Part shown: positions 29,898 to 40,256 of the stretch, piece after piece
Position numbering within the stretch: the first letter of the stretch is position 1
How the letters are laid out: each line of letters starts with the position of its first letter
IMG/VR virus record: IMGVR_UViG_3300043772_002095
Length of the DNA stretch: 60,567 nucleotides
Direction: 5' to 3' (one strand)
Origin: an uncultured virus (IMG/VR IMGVR_UViG_3300043772_002095)
Taxonomy: Duplodnaviria; Heunggongvirae; Uroviricota; Caudoviricetes
The notes under the pieces: generated by a model
The model's database searches: none
What the model was told of the DNA's origin: nothing
The model's input: the letters and a program-made list of their open reading frames with translations, nothing else
Position numbers and translations under genes: made by a program

Positions 29898-31343
29898 ATG
29901 AAGACAAATATTTTCTCAGAAAAAAAAGTTTTAAACATCCTTAAAACATTAAACGAACAAATAGATGACGAATATTATAGGATATCTCCTGAAGAATATT
30001 TGGAATTAATGAGACTGGCAAGTTACAATGGTCCTGGCCTAAGTAAAATAAAAACATTCCAAAAAAAACCACTATATATTACAGGTAAATTAACCATCTC
30101 AAACACTCCGACAGAAAGTTTAGGTAATGTTGCTTACATTGATGGTACTTTAGATATATCAAGAACCAATATACTTAGTTTAGGTAATACTATCGTTAAT
30201 GGTCATATATGGGATCATGGAACTCCTCGAGAAAGAAAAAGAATTGAAGATGAGATGGCGTCTGAGCTTGAAGAATTAAAAGAAAAAGAACTCAATAATG
30301 AAAGAGATGTTAACAATCCTAATATTGATAAAGAAGGATTGATGGCAAATGCTCTTATGGAATTTATAAGTGAAAATTATAGTAAAACAGATATTGAAGT
30401 CCTTTCAGATGAAGATAAAGACAGAGTTAATAGTATTAATAACGATATCCAATTACTAACCAACAAAATCGAAGAGTTAACAAAAAGATATAATGAAACT
30501 GGTGATGAATCGGTACAAGAAGAAATAGATGAACTCGAAGAAGAATTAGAGAATTTCAAAGACGAGTTAGAAGAAATTACCGATAATAAAATAGGATTAT
30601 ATGATTTATATCTTCAAGATCGTGGGTATTATGGTAATTTATCAGTTTTTATGATACCAAGATATGAATTTAAAGATTATGAATTTACCGTAGGTACTGA
30701 GAGTGAAATGGAAGAGGCGGCACTTGAATACGCTAAAAATTATATTGATGATATCGGACTTGATGGTTTTAACAAGGGATTTATTGATGATTATATTGAT
30801 AACGACCAAGTAGAACAGGTTGCTAGAGAATATTACGAGGATGATATTAGAGATAATCCTGAATCTTATTTTGATGACGATGACTTCCAATTAACTGATG
30901 AACAAGAAAAGAGAATTCAAAAATTGGAGAAATATATCGAAGATATGAAAACTTTAGAAAGTGAACTTGAAGATGAACTAGGAGATTTGGAGGATAGTGA
31001 TAGTGATGAATATAATGATTTAGAAGAAAAACTAGAAGAAATTTCAAATAATATTGATACCGCTCAAGAGGAATTAGACTCAATAGAAATTGATAAAGAA
31101 CCTACTGAAGATATGATTGAAGAAAAACTTAATAGAATAATTAGGGATGATGTTCTTTATGATCCGTCGGATTGGCTCAGAGATCATGGTTATGAAATTA
31201 AGTATTATATTAATGAAGATGATTTAGCTCAAGGATTAATAGATTCAGATGGATGGGGTATTATGAATAGTTATAATGGTGATTACTCCGGACCATATCA
31301 TTATGGGAATGAACGTTTTTATGTTATGATGGTTAATAAATAA
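29898..31343 (+). CDS. Very acidic coiled-coil hypothetical protein
   Basis: 481 aa, D/E-rich; ATATTTAT at 29885-29892. Confidence 0.75.
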   Translation: MKTNIFSEKKVLNILKTLNEQIDDEYYRISPEEYLELMRLASYNGPGLSKIKTFQKKPLYITGKLTISNTPTESLGNVAYIDGTLDISRTNILSLGNTIVNGHIWDHGTPRERKRIEDEMASELEELKEKELNNERDVNNPNIDKEGLMANALMEFISENYSKTDIEVLSDEDKDRVNSINNDIQLLTNKIEELTKRYNETGDESVQEEIDELEEELENFKDELEEITDNKIGLYDLYLQDRGYYGNLSVFMIPRYEFKDYEFTVGTESEMEEAALEYAKNYIDDIGLDGFNKGFIDDYIDNDQVEQVAREYYEDDIRDNPESYFDDDDFQLTDEQEKRIQKLEKYIEDMKTLESELEDELGDLEDSDSDEYNDLEEKLEEISNNIDTAQEELDSIEIDKEPTEDMIEEKLNRIIRDDVLYDPSDWLRDHGYEIKYYINEDDLAQGLIDSDGWGIMNSYNGDYSGPYHYGNERFYVMMVNK

Positions 31344-31378
31344 TTTAAAAAACTTTTATTGTTCTTTATAATTGGAAT

Positions 31379-32149
31379 ATGGAAAAAACACCAAAAATAA
31401 AATTTATGATGGATACCGACTGGATGTTTAAAGGCACCGTCGATTCTGAACATAAAGAATATATTTTATTAAATTATTTTCAAAAGTTAAATAACTCTCT
31501 TGAAGAGATGAAGTTATACCCAATGTTTACAGAATTATCTTTACATTTAGGAAATGTACAATCATTACTATCGCACCACAAAATTTTATATACCGATAAA
31601 AAGTTAGTATCACCTGATGAAGAAATATTAATTACGGATTTGAAATATAAAGATATTCCTGAAATGACCGATGAACAAAGAATCGAGTTTCAAAAAATAC
31701 TAAAAATGGCTCAACCAAAACTACTTGATTATTTTAATATAGTTAAAGCGTTTTGGTCAGTAGTTTATGACTCGATAGATATTGTCACTAGAAAAAATAA
31801 AGATAATATTAACTCAAAAAAAGGGTTCTTTTTTTATGTTAAAGGTGAAGAAGTTTATTTTTGGGAATACACAATTAGAAAAGTTAAAAACTCTGAATAC
31901 GTTACGAAATCAACCATAAAATTATTGTATAAGGAAAATAAAGAAAAATTGACAATATCAGAAGTTTTAAGTAGATTTGACAATGAGGAGAAGGTTATTA
32001 AATATCCTGTTTTTGAAATGGTATGCAATGATATGTTTCCATTTGAAGAAACACTAATACCTCTCTTTAAAAGAAAATTAATGTCTCAAATTAATCAAAG
32101 GTCAAAAAAATTTAAAACAACTAATATTAAAAATTATGGGATTCAATAG
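31379..32149 (+). CDS. Hypothetical protein
   Basis: 256 aa; 'VDSEHKEYILLNY' N-terminal block. Confidence 0.7.
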   Translation: MEKTPKIKFMMDTDWMFKGTVDSEHKEYILLNYFQKLNNSLEEMKLYPMFTELSLHLGNVQSLLSHHKILYTDKKLVSPDEEILITDLKYKDIPEMTDEQRIEFQKILKMAQPKLLDYFNIVKAFWSVVYDSIDIVTRKNKDNINSKKGFFFYVKGEEVYFWEYTIRKVKNSEYVTKSTIKLLYKENKEKLTISEVLSRFDNEEKVIKYPVFEMVCNDMFPFEETLIPLFKRKLMSQINQRSKKFKTTNIKNYGIQ

Positions 32150-32327
32150 TAGGTTCGTAAGTGAGAACACAATCAAAGAATACTTAGAAGAAAAAAAACA
32201 ACTTAAAAAATTATTTTCATCTGACGCATTCATCTTTATGGATGAAGTATCTTCAAAAGTTTTTGACCTACATAGAAATGGGGTATCGGATAAAGAAATA
32301 GAAAAAATTTTAAAACAAGAAATATGA
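32136..32327 (+). CDS. Small hypothetical protein
   Basis: 63-aa ORF overlapping neighbours. Confidence 0.6.
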   Translation: MGFNSRFVSENTIKEYLEEKKQLKKLFSSDAFIFMDEVSSKVFDLHRNGVSDKEIEKILKQEI

Positions 32328-32545
32328 GTAAAGAACAGGTTAATCACCCAGGTCATTATGGGGGAGAACATAACGTATACGAATCGATTAAGGTTATTGA
32401 TGCTTGGTCTTTGGGATTTAGTTTGGGTAATGCTGTAAAGTATATCTCAAGAGCGGGAAAAAAGAACTCAGATAAGGAAATCGAGGATTTAAAAAAGGCT
32501 ATCTGGTATATCCAACATCACATTGAAACTTTGGAGGGTAAATGA
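32324..32545 (+). CDS. DUF3310 family protein
   Basis: 'VNHPGHY', 'GNAVKYISRAGKK', 'EDLKKAIWY'. Confidence 0.88.
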   Translation: MSKEQVNHPGHYGGEHNVYESIKVIDAWSLGFSLGNAVKYISRAGKKNSDKEIEDLKKAIWYIQHHIETLEGK

Positions 32546-33330
32546 ACGCACCTATAAGATACTTTGGAAGTAAGGGAGGGTTCTATAATAAAATAATAGA
32601 ACACTTCCCTAAAGAACCATTTAAAACGTATGTAGAACCATTTGGAGGAACTTACATTGTAGGATTAAAGAAACCTATAGTTGAGGTTGAAATCTACAAC
32701 GATTTGGAGAAAAACGTTTATTCTTTATATAAGGTAATATCAGATAAAGAACTATTCAAAGAATTTAAAGAGAAATGTGATTTGGTATTTTATTCTGATG
32801 ATATACGAAAAGAATATAAGTTGGAATTAAATAAAGAACTTTCATTGGTTGAAAGAGCGTTTTACTTCTTCTATGTTAATAGAACTTCTCACAATGGAGT
32901 TGGAGGGTTCTCAATGAATACTCACGTAAGAAGAAGTATGAGTAAAGCGGTATCTGATTTTCTATCATCAATTGATAGATTACCGGAATTACACGATAGA
33001 TTATCTAAGGTTATAATTTCAAACGTAGATGGGGTTGATTTAATCAATAAGTATAGTAATCCTAACACTTTAATATATTGTGATCCTCCATACGAACAAT
33101 CAACAAGAACTGATGTTAGATATAAAGTTGATATGGATAGAGAAGGACATATTAAATTTTTAGATTCAGTTATCCAAAGTAAATCTAAAATATTAATTAG
33201 TGGATATGATTGCGAACTTTATAACAAGTTAACCGAAAATGGTTTTGAAAAAATTCAGTTTGAAGTTAAAACAATGGATGGCAACTTCAACAAAAAAACA
33301 AAGGTTGAAACTCTTTGGAAAAATTATTAA
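32542..33330 (+). CDS. DNA adenine methyltransferase (Dam/D12 class)
   Basis: 'YFGSK', 'YVEPFGG', 'EIYND', 'YCDPPY', 'ETLWKNY'. Confidence 0.9.
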   Translation: MNAPIRYFGSKGGFYNKIIEHFPKEPFKTYVEPFGGTYIVGLKKPIVEVEIYNDLEKNVYSLYKVISDKELFKEFKEKCDLVFYSDDIRKEYKLELNKELSLVERAFYFFYVNRTSHNGVGGFSMNTHVRRSMSKAVSDFLSSIDRLPELHDRLSKVIISNVDGVDLINKYSNPNTLIYCDPPYEQSTRTDVRYKVDMDREGHIKFLDSVIQSKSKILISGYDCELYNKLTENGFEKIQFEVKTMDGNFNKKTKVETLWKNY

Positions 33331-33339
33331 ATTTAAAAT

Positions 33340-34203
33340 ATGATAGAAACAGGTAAAATTATTAATGGTGATTGTATTCAGGTTATGAAAACATTACCGG
33401 AATCAAGTATTGATTTAGTGGTTACTAGCTGCCCTTATGGGGTGGGTATTAATTATGATGTTCATAACGATGATGTTGAATTTGAGGAATATAAAATATT
33501 TAGTAAAGATTGGTTAAGAGAAGTTTATAGACTTTTAAAGGATGATGGTAGAATAGCTTTAAATATTCCATATGAAATTAATAGACAAGAAAAAGGAGGA
33601 AGAATATTTTTTGTTTCTGAAGTTTGGCAGATAATGAAAGAAATAGGGTTTAAATTTTTTGGTATTGTTGATTTGGAAGAAGATTCTCCACATAGAAGTA
33701 AAACAACGGCTTGGGGTTCTTGGATGAGTCCTAGCTCCGCGTATATCTATAACCCGAAAGAATGTGTTATCCTGGCTTATAAAAAGAATCACATTAAAAA
33801 AATTAAAGGTGAACCACAATGGACACCTGAGATAGTTAAAGAAACTGATTTGTTTGGTGTTACAAAAGATAAGAAAGTTTATACTGATGAAGACAAAAAA
33901 GAATTTATGAGTCTTGTTTTTGGACAATGGAAATATCTAAACGATTCAAGACCACTAACAAAGGCGACTTTTAGTATGGACATACCCACAAAAGCAATTA
34001 AGATATTAACTTACAAAAATGACATTGTATTAGACCCTTTTATGGGTAGTGGAACATCAGCAGTCGCGGCAGAAATACTTGACAGGAGATGGATAGGGAT
34101 TGAATTATCTCCAAATTATATGGAAATTGCTAACGAGAGAATAAGTCATTTTATAAAAGAAAAACGACAAAGTAAAATTGAATTTGAAGAAGGGACTAAT
34201 TAA
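33340..34203 (+). CDS. N4-C/N6-A DNA methyltransferase (beta class), SCPY variant
   Basis: 'GDC', 'IDLVVTSCPY', 'VLDPFMGSGTS', 'IGIELS'. Confidence 0.88.
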   Translation: MIETGKIINGDCIQVMKTLPESSIDLVVTSCPYGVGINYDVHNDDVEFEEYKIFSKDWLREVYRLLKDDGRIALNIPYEINRQEKGGRIFFVSEVWQIMKEIGFKFFGIVDLEEDSPHRSKTTAWGSWMSPSSAYIYNPKECVILAYKKNHIKKIKGEPQWTPEIVKETDLFGVTKDKKVYTDEDKKEFMSLVFGQWKYLNDSRPLTKATFSMDIPTKAIKILTYKNDIVLDPFMGSGTSAVAAEILDRRWIGIELSPNYMEIANERISHFIKEKRQSKIEFEEGTN

Positions 34204-34214
34204 GTCCCTTTTTT
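34190..34214 (+). terminator. Intrinsic terminator
   Basis: AAGGGACT-AATTA-AGTCCCTT followed by a T run. Confidence 0.7.
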
Positions 34215-34236
34215 GTTTTTCAGATATTTATATGGC

Positions 34237-34896
34237 ATGAAAAAAACTATAAGATTAAATGAAACTGAGTTAACTAAACTTATTAAAAAAATTGTTAAAG
34301 AACAAACAATTCAAAGTTGTCCGGAGGTTAAAGTGACAAAACCTATTGTCGATAAACATATTCCTTTATTAAAATCTGATGTTAAATTTTATATAGATGA
34401 TTTAGATAGAGAACTTAGGGATGTTGATGATAAATACATTAATATTATAAAGGATGAAGTAAATAAACAAAGTGCGTTAATTGAAAAAATTAATCTAAAT
34501 ACAATGTACGCATTATATGGTATTATACCAACATATGATCGAAAAAATGATGTTATGATGTTGTTAAACTCTTTATATAATGTATTAATAAATAAGATTG
34601 AAGGTAACTTTTTATATAAAAATATTTTAAGAGCAACTATAGATAAAAGTAATATTAATAGCACTAAAAATGAGTTAAAATCAGTTTTAGACGGAATTTA
34701 TAGAGTGGTGAATAAGGCGACATACCAACCAGGTAAATCTGTTAGATTTAAAATAAGAGATAGTTTCCCAAATAAATGTAAACAGGGTCAACCAAATATA
34801 AAAATTTATGATACAGCCGTAATAGATACCGATACTAAACAAATACGTCAACAACAATTAACCAAACTTTACCAAGTTTTGGATTCATACGTTTAA
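34237..34896 (+). CDS. Hypothetical protein (start revised to MKKTIRLNETEL)
   Basis: ATATTTAT at 34224-34231, then ATG at 34237. Confidence 0.7.
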   Translation: MKKTIRLNETELTKLIKKIVKEQTIQSCPEVKVTKPIVDKHIPLLKSDVKFYIDDLDRELRDVDDKYINIIKDEVNKQSALIEKINLNTMYALYGIIPTYDRKNDVMMLLNSLYNVLINKIEGNFLYKNILRATIDKSNINSTKNELKSVLDGIYRVVNKATYQPGKSVRFKIRDSFPNKCKQGQPNIKIYDTAVIDTDTKQIRQQQLTKLYQVLDSYV

Positions 34897-34899
34897 TTA

Positions 34900-35343
34900 A
34901 TGAAATTATTTAAAAAAATATTAATCATTATTTCAATCCTATTCTCATTTTCTTTTATTGGGGATAAAAAGGATGTTTATATTAACTGGCAACCATCTAA
35001 TTCAGGTTATTGGACATACGGAATGGGATATAATGTTTATAATGACTTTGATTATTGTGTAACAAGAAATGTATATGATAAAAGCGGTTATTACTATTAT
35101 GATTTTTGGTTTTATAGTCAGAGTTATTATTGGGACGGAGCAAATGCGAAATACACATCAACCAATGTTAGAAACATATCAATATTCATTAATGAGGGTT
35201 ATGGTTTAAAATTAATTAATTACGACTATACACCTTTAGGTATAACTTTTTTTGGACAATTTTGTGCTAAAAATCTAACAATAAAATCTCGTTCATTTAA
35301 TCCTATATTAGTTATTAAATGGAATAATATGTCAGCTTTATGA
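34900..35343 (+). CDS. Secreted Tyr-rich hypothetical protein
   Basis: Signal-peptide-like N-terminus. Confidence 0.65.
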   Translation: MKLFKKILIIISILFSFSFIGDKKDVYINWQPSNSGYWTYGMGYNVYNDFDYCVTRNVYDKSGYYYYDFWFYSQSYYWDGANAKYTSTNVRNISIFINEGYGLKLINYDYTPLGITFFGQFCAKNLTIKSRSFNPILVIKWNNMSAL

Positions 35344-35720
35344 GTGATTTGGAAAACAACATAATGGATAAAAAATTTTCTTTTTCGGTAAAGGATATTA
35401 AATGGGTTATCTCAACATTAGTAGTTGTTATAGGATGGGTAATAACAATTGTTTTTTGGGTTCAAGATAAGAATAAACAAAAGGCGAGAATAGAAGTTCT
35501 TGAGTCTAAAAACGGAACTTTAGAAATACAAGTCGCAAAGTTAGAAGGTCAGATATCAGGAGTTAATTTGGCTACAGAAAATTTTATGAAAAATCCTCCG
35601 TCAGAAACTAAATTTAGAGTAGAATTATTAGAAAAAAGGGTTGATAAAATAGAACAACTAAATAATATAAGTAAATTTACCGAAATAAGTACAAATAAAC
35701 CTATAAGAAGAGATAGATAA
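35340..35720 (+). CDS. Single-TM coiled-coil protein
   Basis: TM segment 'WVISTLVVVIGWVITIVFW' followed by a heptad pattern. Confidence 0.65.
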   Translation: MSDLENNIMDKKFSFSVKDIKWVISTLVVVIGWVITIVFWVQDKNKQKARIEVLESKNGTLEIQVAKLEGQISGVNLATENFMKNPPSETKFRVELLEKRVDKIEQLNNISKFTEISTNKPIRRDR

Positions 35721-35736
35721 GTATATTTATTATAGT

Positions 35737-36783
35737 ATGAAACAAACAATATTAACTGAGACACAACTAAAATTTAGATTAGTTGAAATCTATAAGGAAG
35801 AGCAATTCAAAATACTTGAAGAAAAATGGGATAAATTATCTTCAAGTGATAAAAAATTTGTGGTTGAATTTATTAAAGAATTTTCACCAAAAAATTCAAA
35901 AAAAATAAATGAAGCGAGATGGTGGAATACTCTTGGAGATATTGTTGGGGTTTTTGACCCGACAGGAGTTGTTGATATTATTAACGCTCTTGATTATTTT
36001 AGACAAGGAGATAAATTATTTGGTATTATGTCTTTAATATCTGCGGTTCCATATGTTGGCGACCTAATAGGTAAGCCGATAATTGGTGTTTTAAAGGCCG
36101 GCGGATCGGCAGCTAAATTTTTTAAAGGATTAAAAACTTCAACTGAATGGGCTATGGCAGCTTCAAAATATCCTATTTTGGTTAAATTGTTTGAAAAAAT
36201 TGGTACTTTAGGACCTAAATTAGTTGAATTAATTAAAAGAGTACCTGGAGGTAAAGGGTTTGTTAAAACTATTGAAGAATGGGTTGATATGATAGTAAAG
36301 GCAACTAAAGAATATAAATCAGGTGTTAGACCTAAAATGTTTAGAGGTCACGGAACCGGTAAATGGTCTTATCTTAAATATATGACCTCAGCGGATAGAA
36401 CATTTTTAGAAAAATTTGCGGCTGGAGCACCAAGATTATTTGGAGGTAATCCGGCAACAAGATCTTTACTTAGACGCAGTAAATGGTATTTAAGACTTTT
36501 AGATAAAATAGGATTAACTAATTTTACAGGTTCTCCTGAAGAATTAGCTCAAAAAGTTCCTGATTTAGATGCTAAAATCGCTGAATACAATAAAACACCT
36601 GAAGGTCAGGCATTGGCGTTACAAGACTTTAGAAATACTGATTTGAGTAATTTATTTAAACAAGAGACTACCCCAGAAACACCAACCCAAACTCAACAAA
36701 CAACAAATAAATCTAACGTAGACGTTATTGGTGATTTAATTAATTTAATCGGTGGACCATCTGCAATAGGTAAATTAATGTAA
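35737..36783 (+). CDS. Hypothetical protein with pre-toxin-TG-like segment
   Basis: 'GDIVGVFDPTGVVDIINALDYFRQGD...SLISAVPYVG'; ATATTTAT at 35723-35730. Confidence 0.6.
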   Translation: MKQTILTETQLKFRLVEIYKEEQFKILEEKWDKLSSSDKKFVVEFIKEFSPKNSKKINEARWWNTLGDIVGVFDPTGVVDIINALDYFRQGDKLFGIMSLISAVPYVGDLIGKPIIGVLKAGGSAAKFFKGLKTSTEWAMAASKYPILVKLFEKIGTLGPKLVELIKRVPGGKGFVKTIEEWVDMIVKATKEYKSGVRPKMFRGHGTGKWSYLKYMTSADRTFLEKFAAGAPRLFGGNPATRSLLRRSKWYLRLLDKIGLTNFTGSPEELAQKVPDLDAKIAEYNKTPEGQALALQDFRNTDLSNLFKQETTPETPTQTQQTTNKSNVDVIGDLINLIGGPSAIGKLM

Positions 36784-36804
36784 TACGAAAAAAAGAATTT
36801 TATT

Positions 36805-37557
36805 ATGATATTGTCTGTTTGGAGACCAAAATTTGGTGTTTTTAATAAAAAAAAAATAATTTCTTACTATGAGTTAACAGAAACTAACGAATTAATTTCA
36901 AATAATCGAAAAGATTGGATTGTTATCTATATGTGCGACAAATGTAAAACTAATTTATCACATACAAGATCGCACGTTTTACTTAATAAAAATACAAAGT
37001 TAAATAAAATTAATTATCAGACGTGTAGAAGTTGTAGAAGTAAAATTTCTGAATACGAAATTAAAAAAAATTATATTAACTATGAAATTATAAAAGATTC
37101 TGTTGAAAAATCAGGATATAAACTTTTAACAGATGAAAAGGAGTATATGGATTCGAATAACAGGTCACAATATAGAATGAAATGTGTTTGCAATAATAAA
37201 CACGAACTATATATAACATGGAATAATTGGAGTAAAAATAAAAAATGTAGGGTTTGTTATGAGGAATCAAAATTTAAAAACGCGGTTAAATATAAAAATG
37301 GTTATGAAAGATATAAATTTTTGGTGAATCACTATACAGAAAAAAATTATAAAATATATTATCAAGTAATAAACCCAAATAAATATGATAGGGGCGAACA
37401 TTACCATTTAGACCATAAATTCTCAGTTTATGAAGGTTTCGTGCAAGGGATATCACCTAAAATAATTGGTGGTTATAAGAATTTGGACATAATAAATTCT
37501 AAGGAAAATATGAGTAAACAAAAAAAGTGTTCAGTCACGTTAAATGAAATATTATGA
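36805..37557 (+). CDS. HNH-type homing endonuclease with Zn-finger modules
   Basis: CDKC, CRSC, CxxxH/CRVC; C-terminal 'YHLDHKFS...NL....EN..K'. Confidence 0.7.
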   Translation: MILSVWRPKFGVFNKKKIISYYELTETNELISNNRKDWIVIYMCDKCKTNLSHTRSHVLLNKNTKLNKINYQTCRSCRSKISEYEIKKNYINYEIIKDSVEKSGYKLLTDEKEYMDSNNRSQYRMKCVCNNKHELYITWNNWSKNKKCRVCYEESKFKNAVKYKNGYERYKFLVNHYTEKNYKIYYQVINPNKYDRGEHYHLDHKFSVYEGFVQGISPKIIGGYKNLDIINSKENMSKQKKCSVTLNEIL

Positions 37558-39005
37558 AAAAAATAATAAAAGAGTCAGGAATAAGGGATTTAAACAAATT
37601 AAAAAAAGATTTCGATAAAGTTGTAATAGTGACGCACCAGGATATGGATGGAGTTTTTTCGGGAGTCGGGATGAAACATTATTTTGAAAATAATGGATTT
37701 AAAGTTATAGATGTTCAAATAATACAATATGGTGAAAAGGAGTGGTCTTTAAAAAAATCAAACCCTGATGAAAAAATTCTTTTTTGCCTTTGCGATTTTG
37801 CCCACGGAAAACCGATGTTTAAAATACATTTAGATCACCACGATAGACAAGCAGGTGTTGAGAAAGGAACATCAACAAGTTTCAGATCATCAAGGTCTAA
37901 TGTCGAAACAATATCTCAAATTGTATCACCAAAAGAGATATTCTCAGCCGAAGATATCGATTTAATTTCAACCGTAGATTCCGCAAACTTCGCCTCAAAA
38001 GATATTAGTGTTGATGAAGTAATCAATTATCTATTCAAGTTAGATAAAGATTCTTCATTAAAAAGAAATAAGATGATGTTAGGATTAGTAACAAACAAAT
38101 TGTTATTGGCATTTAAAAACAAACCGGGTTTTTTAGAAGAACTTGTAATGACATCGAAACCTTCAATACTTAGTATATTATTAAACATAAAACGTTTAAT
38201 GACTGAAAAAGGTTACGCAACAATTCCACAACTACAAAAAAATAAAGAATCGTATATTGAACAGATGAAATCTCACCCAAATGTTAAAGTTGATGGGAAT
38301 ATAATTGTTCAGTATGGTGGGGGTAAGATGACTTCTCCTGGTTCTTATGATAGATATACACCATTTAAAAACAATCCTGAAGCCGACTTTTTAGTTATTG
38401 CTTGGCCGTTAGGTTTAGTGCAAGCGTCTTGTAATCCATTTAAAAAAGAAAGAGAACTTAAAGGAGTTAATCTTGGTGAAGTCGCTCAAGAGGTTTTAAG
38501 TAAATGGGAAGGTAAATTAAAAGAAAAAGAAATTCCATTATCAACTATTAAGTGGATATCTGAAAGCTCAAAAGAATTTGGTGAAGAGTCGGTTGGATTT
38601 ACATCCAAAGATTTTAAGGCATTGTACGGAGAAAAGTTCAAATCAACCAATGAAGAATCGTTGTCAAGACTTGAAGAAATTATGGATAAACCATTTAAAG
38701 ATTTGACTGAAGAAGAAAAAACTTTACTTGATGGGGTCACCATAAATGCTTGGGATTTGATTCAGGCTAATAGTGGGGGACATAAATGTATCACTAATGT
38801 CAGTTCTCTAAATTATTTAGGGAGATCGAAAAGACCACCAGAAGGTAAGTATAAATACGATCCTAACGCTGAAGATGCTCCATATGTTAAGTTCACAAAA
38901 ATGATTCAATCTGAATTTGTTAATGTTTTAAAACAAAAAATAGAAGAAAATGGTCAAAATTTAAGAGAATCTATAAGACAAGAATTAAGAAAATATGTTA
39001 GGTGA
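37554..39005 (+). CDS. DHH-family phosphoesterase
   Basis: 'THQDMDG', 'CDFAHG', 'LDHHD', 'VDSA', C-terminal 'SGGH'. Confidence 0.8.
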   Translation: MKKIIKESGIRDLNKLKKDFDKVVIVTHQDMDGVFSGVGMKHYFENNGFKVIDVQIIQYGEKEWSLKKSNPDEKILFCLCDFAHGKPMFKIHLDHHDRQAGVEKGTSTSFRSSRSNVETISQIVSPKEIFSAEDIDLISTVDSANFASKDISVDEVINYLFKLDKDSSLKRNKMMLGLVTNKLLLAFKNKPGFLEELVMTSKPSILSILLNIKRLMTEKGYATIPQLQKNKESYIEQMKSHPNVKVDGNIIVQYGGGKMTSPGSYDRYTPFKNNPEADFLVIAWPLGLVQASCNPFKKERELKGVNLGEVAQEVLSKWEGKLKEKEIPLSTIKWISESSKEFGEESVGFTSKDFKALYGEKFKSTNEESLSRLEEIMDKPFKDLTEEEKTLLDGVTINAWDLIQANSGGHKCITNVSSLNYLGRSKRPPEGKYKYDPNAEDAPYVKFTKMIQSEFVNVLKQKIEENGQNLRESIRQELRKYVR

Positions 39006-39006
39006 T

Positions 39007-39345
39007 TTACTCAACTAAATCACCAACCTTAATACCTAATTTTTTACAAGTTCCGCCCTTTACTTCAAGAACATATTCACCATTACCACAATAGTTTTTA
39101 CAATCTTCTGTTTTACAAGGAGGACATTTGTGGTGAATTTTTGAAATCTTATCATCTTTAATAAAGATGATATCGAGAGGTATAATACAATTTTTCATCC
39201 AAAAACAATGTTCACCTTTACCCATATCGAATAACATTCCACTAAAAGATTTATCAAAATCTTTACCCATCATTCCTTTTCTAGTCTCTTCTTGGGTGTT
39301 TAATAGTTTAACTTTAAACTGAACATCATTGATAGTTACTAACAT
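39007..39345 (-). CDS. DUF192 family protein
   Basis: 'GMLF', 'FWMKNCIIPLDIIFI', 'YVLEVKGG...GIKVGD'. Confidence 0.88.
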   Translation of the reverse strand: MLVTINDVQFKVKLLNTQEETRKGMMGKDFDKSFSGMLFDMGKGEHCFWMKNCIIPLDIIFIKDDKISKIHHKCPPCKTEDCKNYCGNGEYVLEVKGGTCKKLGIKVGDLVE

Positions 39346-39466
39346 ACTATAATAAATATTTTGATTTTAATAAAAAAAAATAAATATTTTTTGAACTTTT
39401 AATTTTTTCGATATATTTATTTAATACCAAAACAAACAACCCTTTCTTATTTATTGGTTAATATTG

Positions 39467-39499
39467 ACCCCGAATTTGTAAAAAAATTTGGGGTTTTTT
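39467..39499 (+). terminator. Terminator-like hairpin
   Basis: ACCCCGAATTT (39467-39477) / AAATTTGGGGT (39484-39494) followed by a T run. Confidence 0.55.
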
Positions 39500-39551
39500 A
39501 TTTTGTGGATTAAAAAAAGTTTTATATCTTTGTATTCTAAAATTAAGAGAT

Positions 39552-39980
39552 ATGGCAACAAGGTCTAGAATTGGAATTGAAAATGAGGATGGAAGTGTAA
39601 GTTCTGTTTATTGTCATTGGGATGGTTATCCTAATAATAATGGGGTTATATTGGAAAGACACTATAAAAACAGGGATAAAGTTAAAAAATTAATTGAATT
39701 GGGTTCGTTATCTTCTTTGGCACCATTGGTTGAACCAACAAAAGAAGCTCATTCTTTTAACTGCCCTGAAGAAGATGTTGTCATAGCCTATCATAGAGAC
39801 AGGGGAGATTCTTATGATAAACCTGATATTGATAGTAGTAAAGAATCTTATTTTTCAGGGGATATTCAAGAGTATGGGTATTTATTTACAAAAGAGGGTA
39901 AATGGGTTGTCTGTGACGCTTATAGAAACAAAGAAATTACCGATTGTTCAAAATATCTTATGAAAAATTTGGTGGGTTAA
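39552..39980 (+). CDS. Conserved phage hypothetical protein (YCHWDGYP motif)
   Basis: 'MATRSRIG...SVYCHWDGYP', 'AYHRDRG', 'EYGYLF'. Confidence 0.75.
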   Translation: MATRSRIGIENEDGSVSSVYCHWDGYPNNNGVILERHYKNRDKVKKLIELGSLSSLAPLVEPTKEAHSFNCPEEDVVIAYHRDRGDSYDKPDIDSSKESYFSGDIQEYGYLFTKEGKWVVCDAYRNKEITDCSKYLMKNLVG

Positions 39981-40003
39981 AATAAATTTTGTATCTTCGT
40001 ATT

Positions 40004-40204
40004 ATGAAAAACAAGATAAAACCTTTCGAAGTAATTGAGGGAAACCTTAGAGCAGTAAAAGATACAAGTGATTTTGGTGGGATGAATAAGTGGCACTTAC
40101 ACATCAAAACCACCAATGGTGATTGGGACGATATTCAATGGATGAGCCGTTATAGTATACAAAAATTATTTACAACAAAATTACCCGAATACGAAGAAAA
40201 ATAA
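40004..40204 (+). CDS. Small hypothetical protein, paralog of 42637-42840
   Basis: ATG 4 nt after the -7 box; near-identical to the second copy. Confidence 0.75.
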   Translation: MKNKIKPFEVIEGNLRAVKDTSDFGGMNKWHLHIKTTNGDWDDIQWMSRYSIQKLFTTKLPEYEEK

Positions 40205-40256
40205 ATTTGGTAGATTAAAGTAAATTTTGTATCTTTGTATTATAAAAATAAAACAT

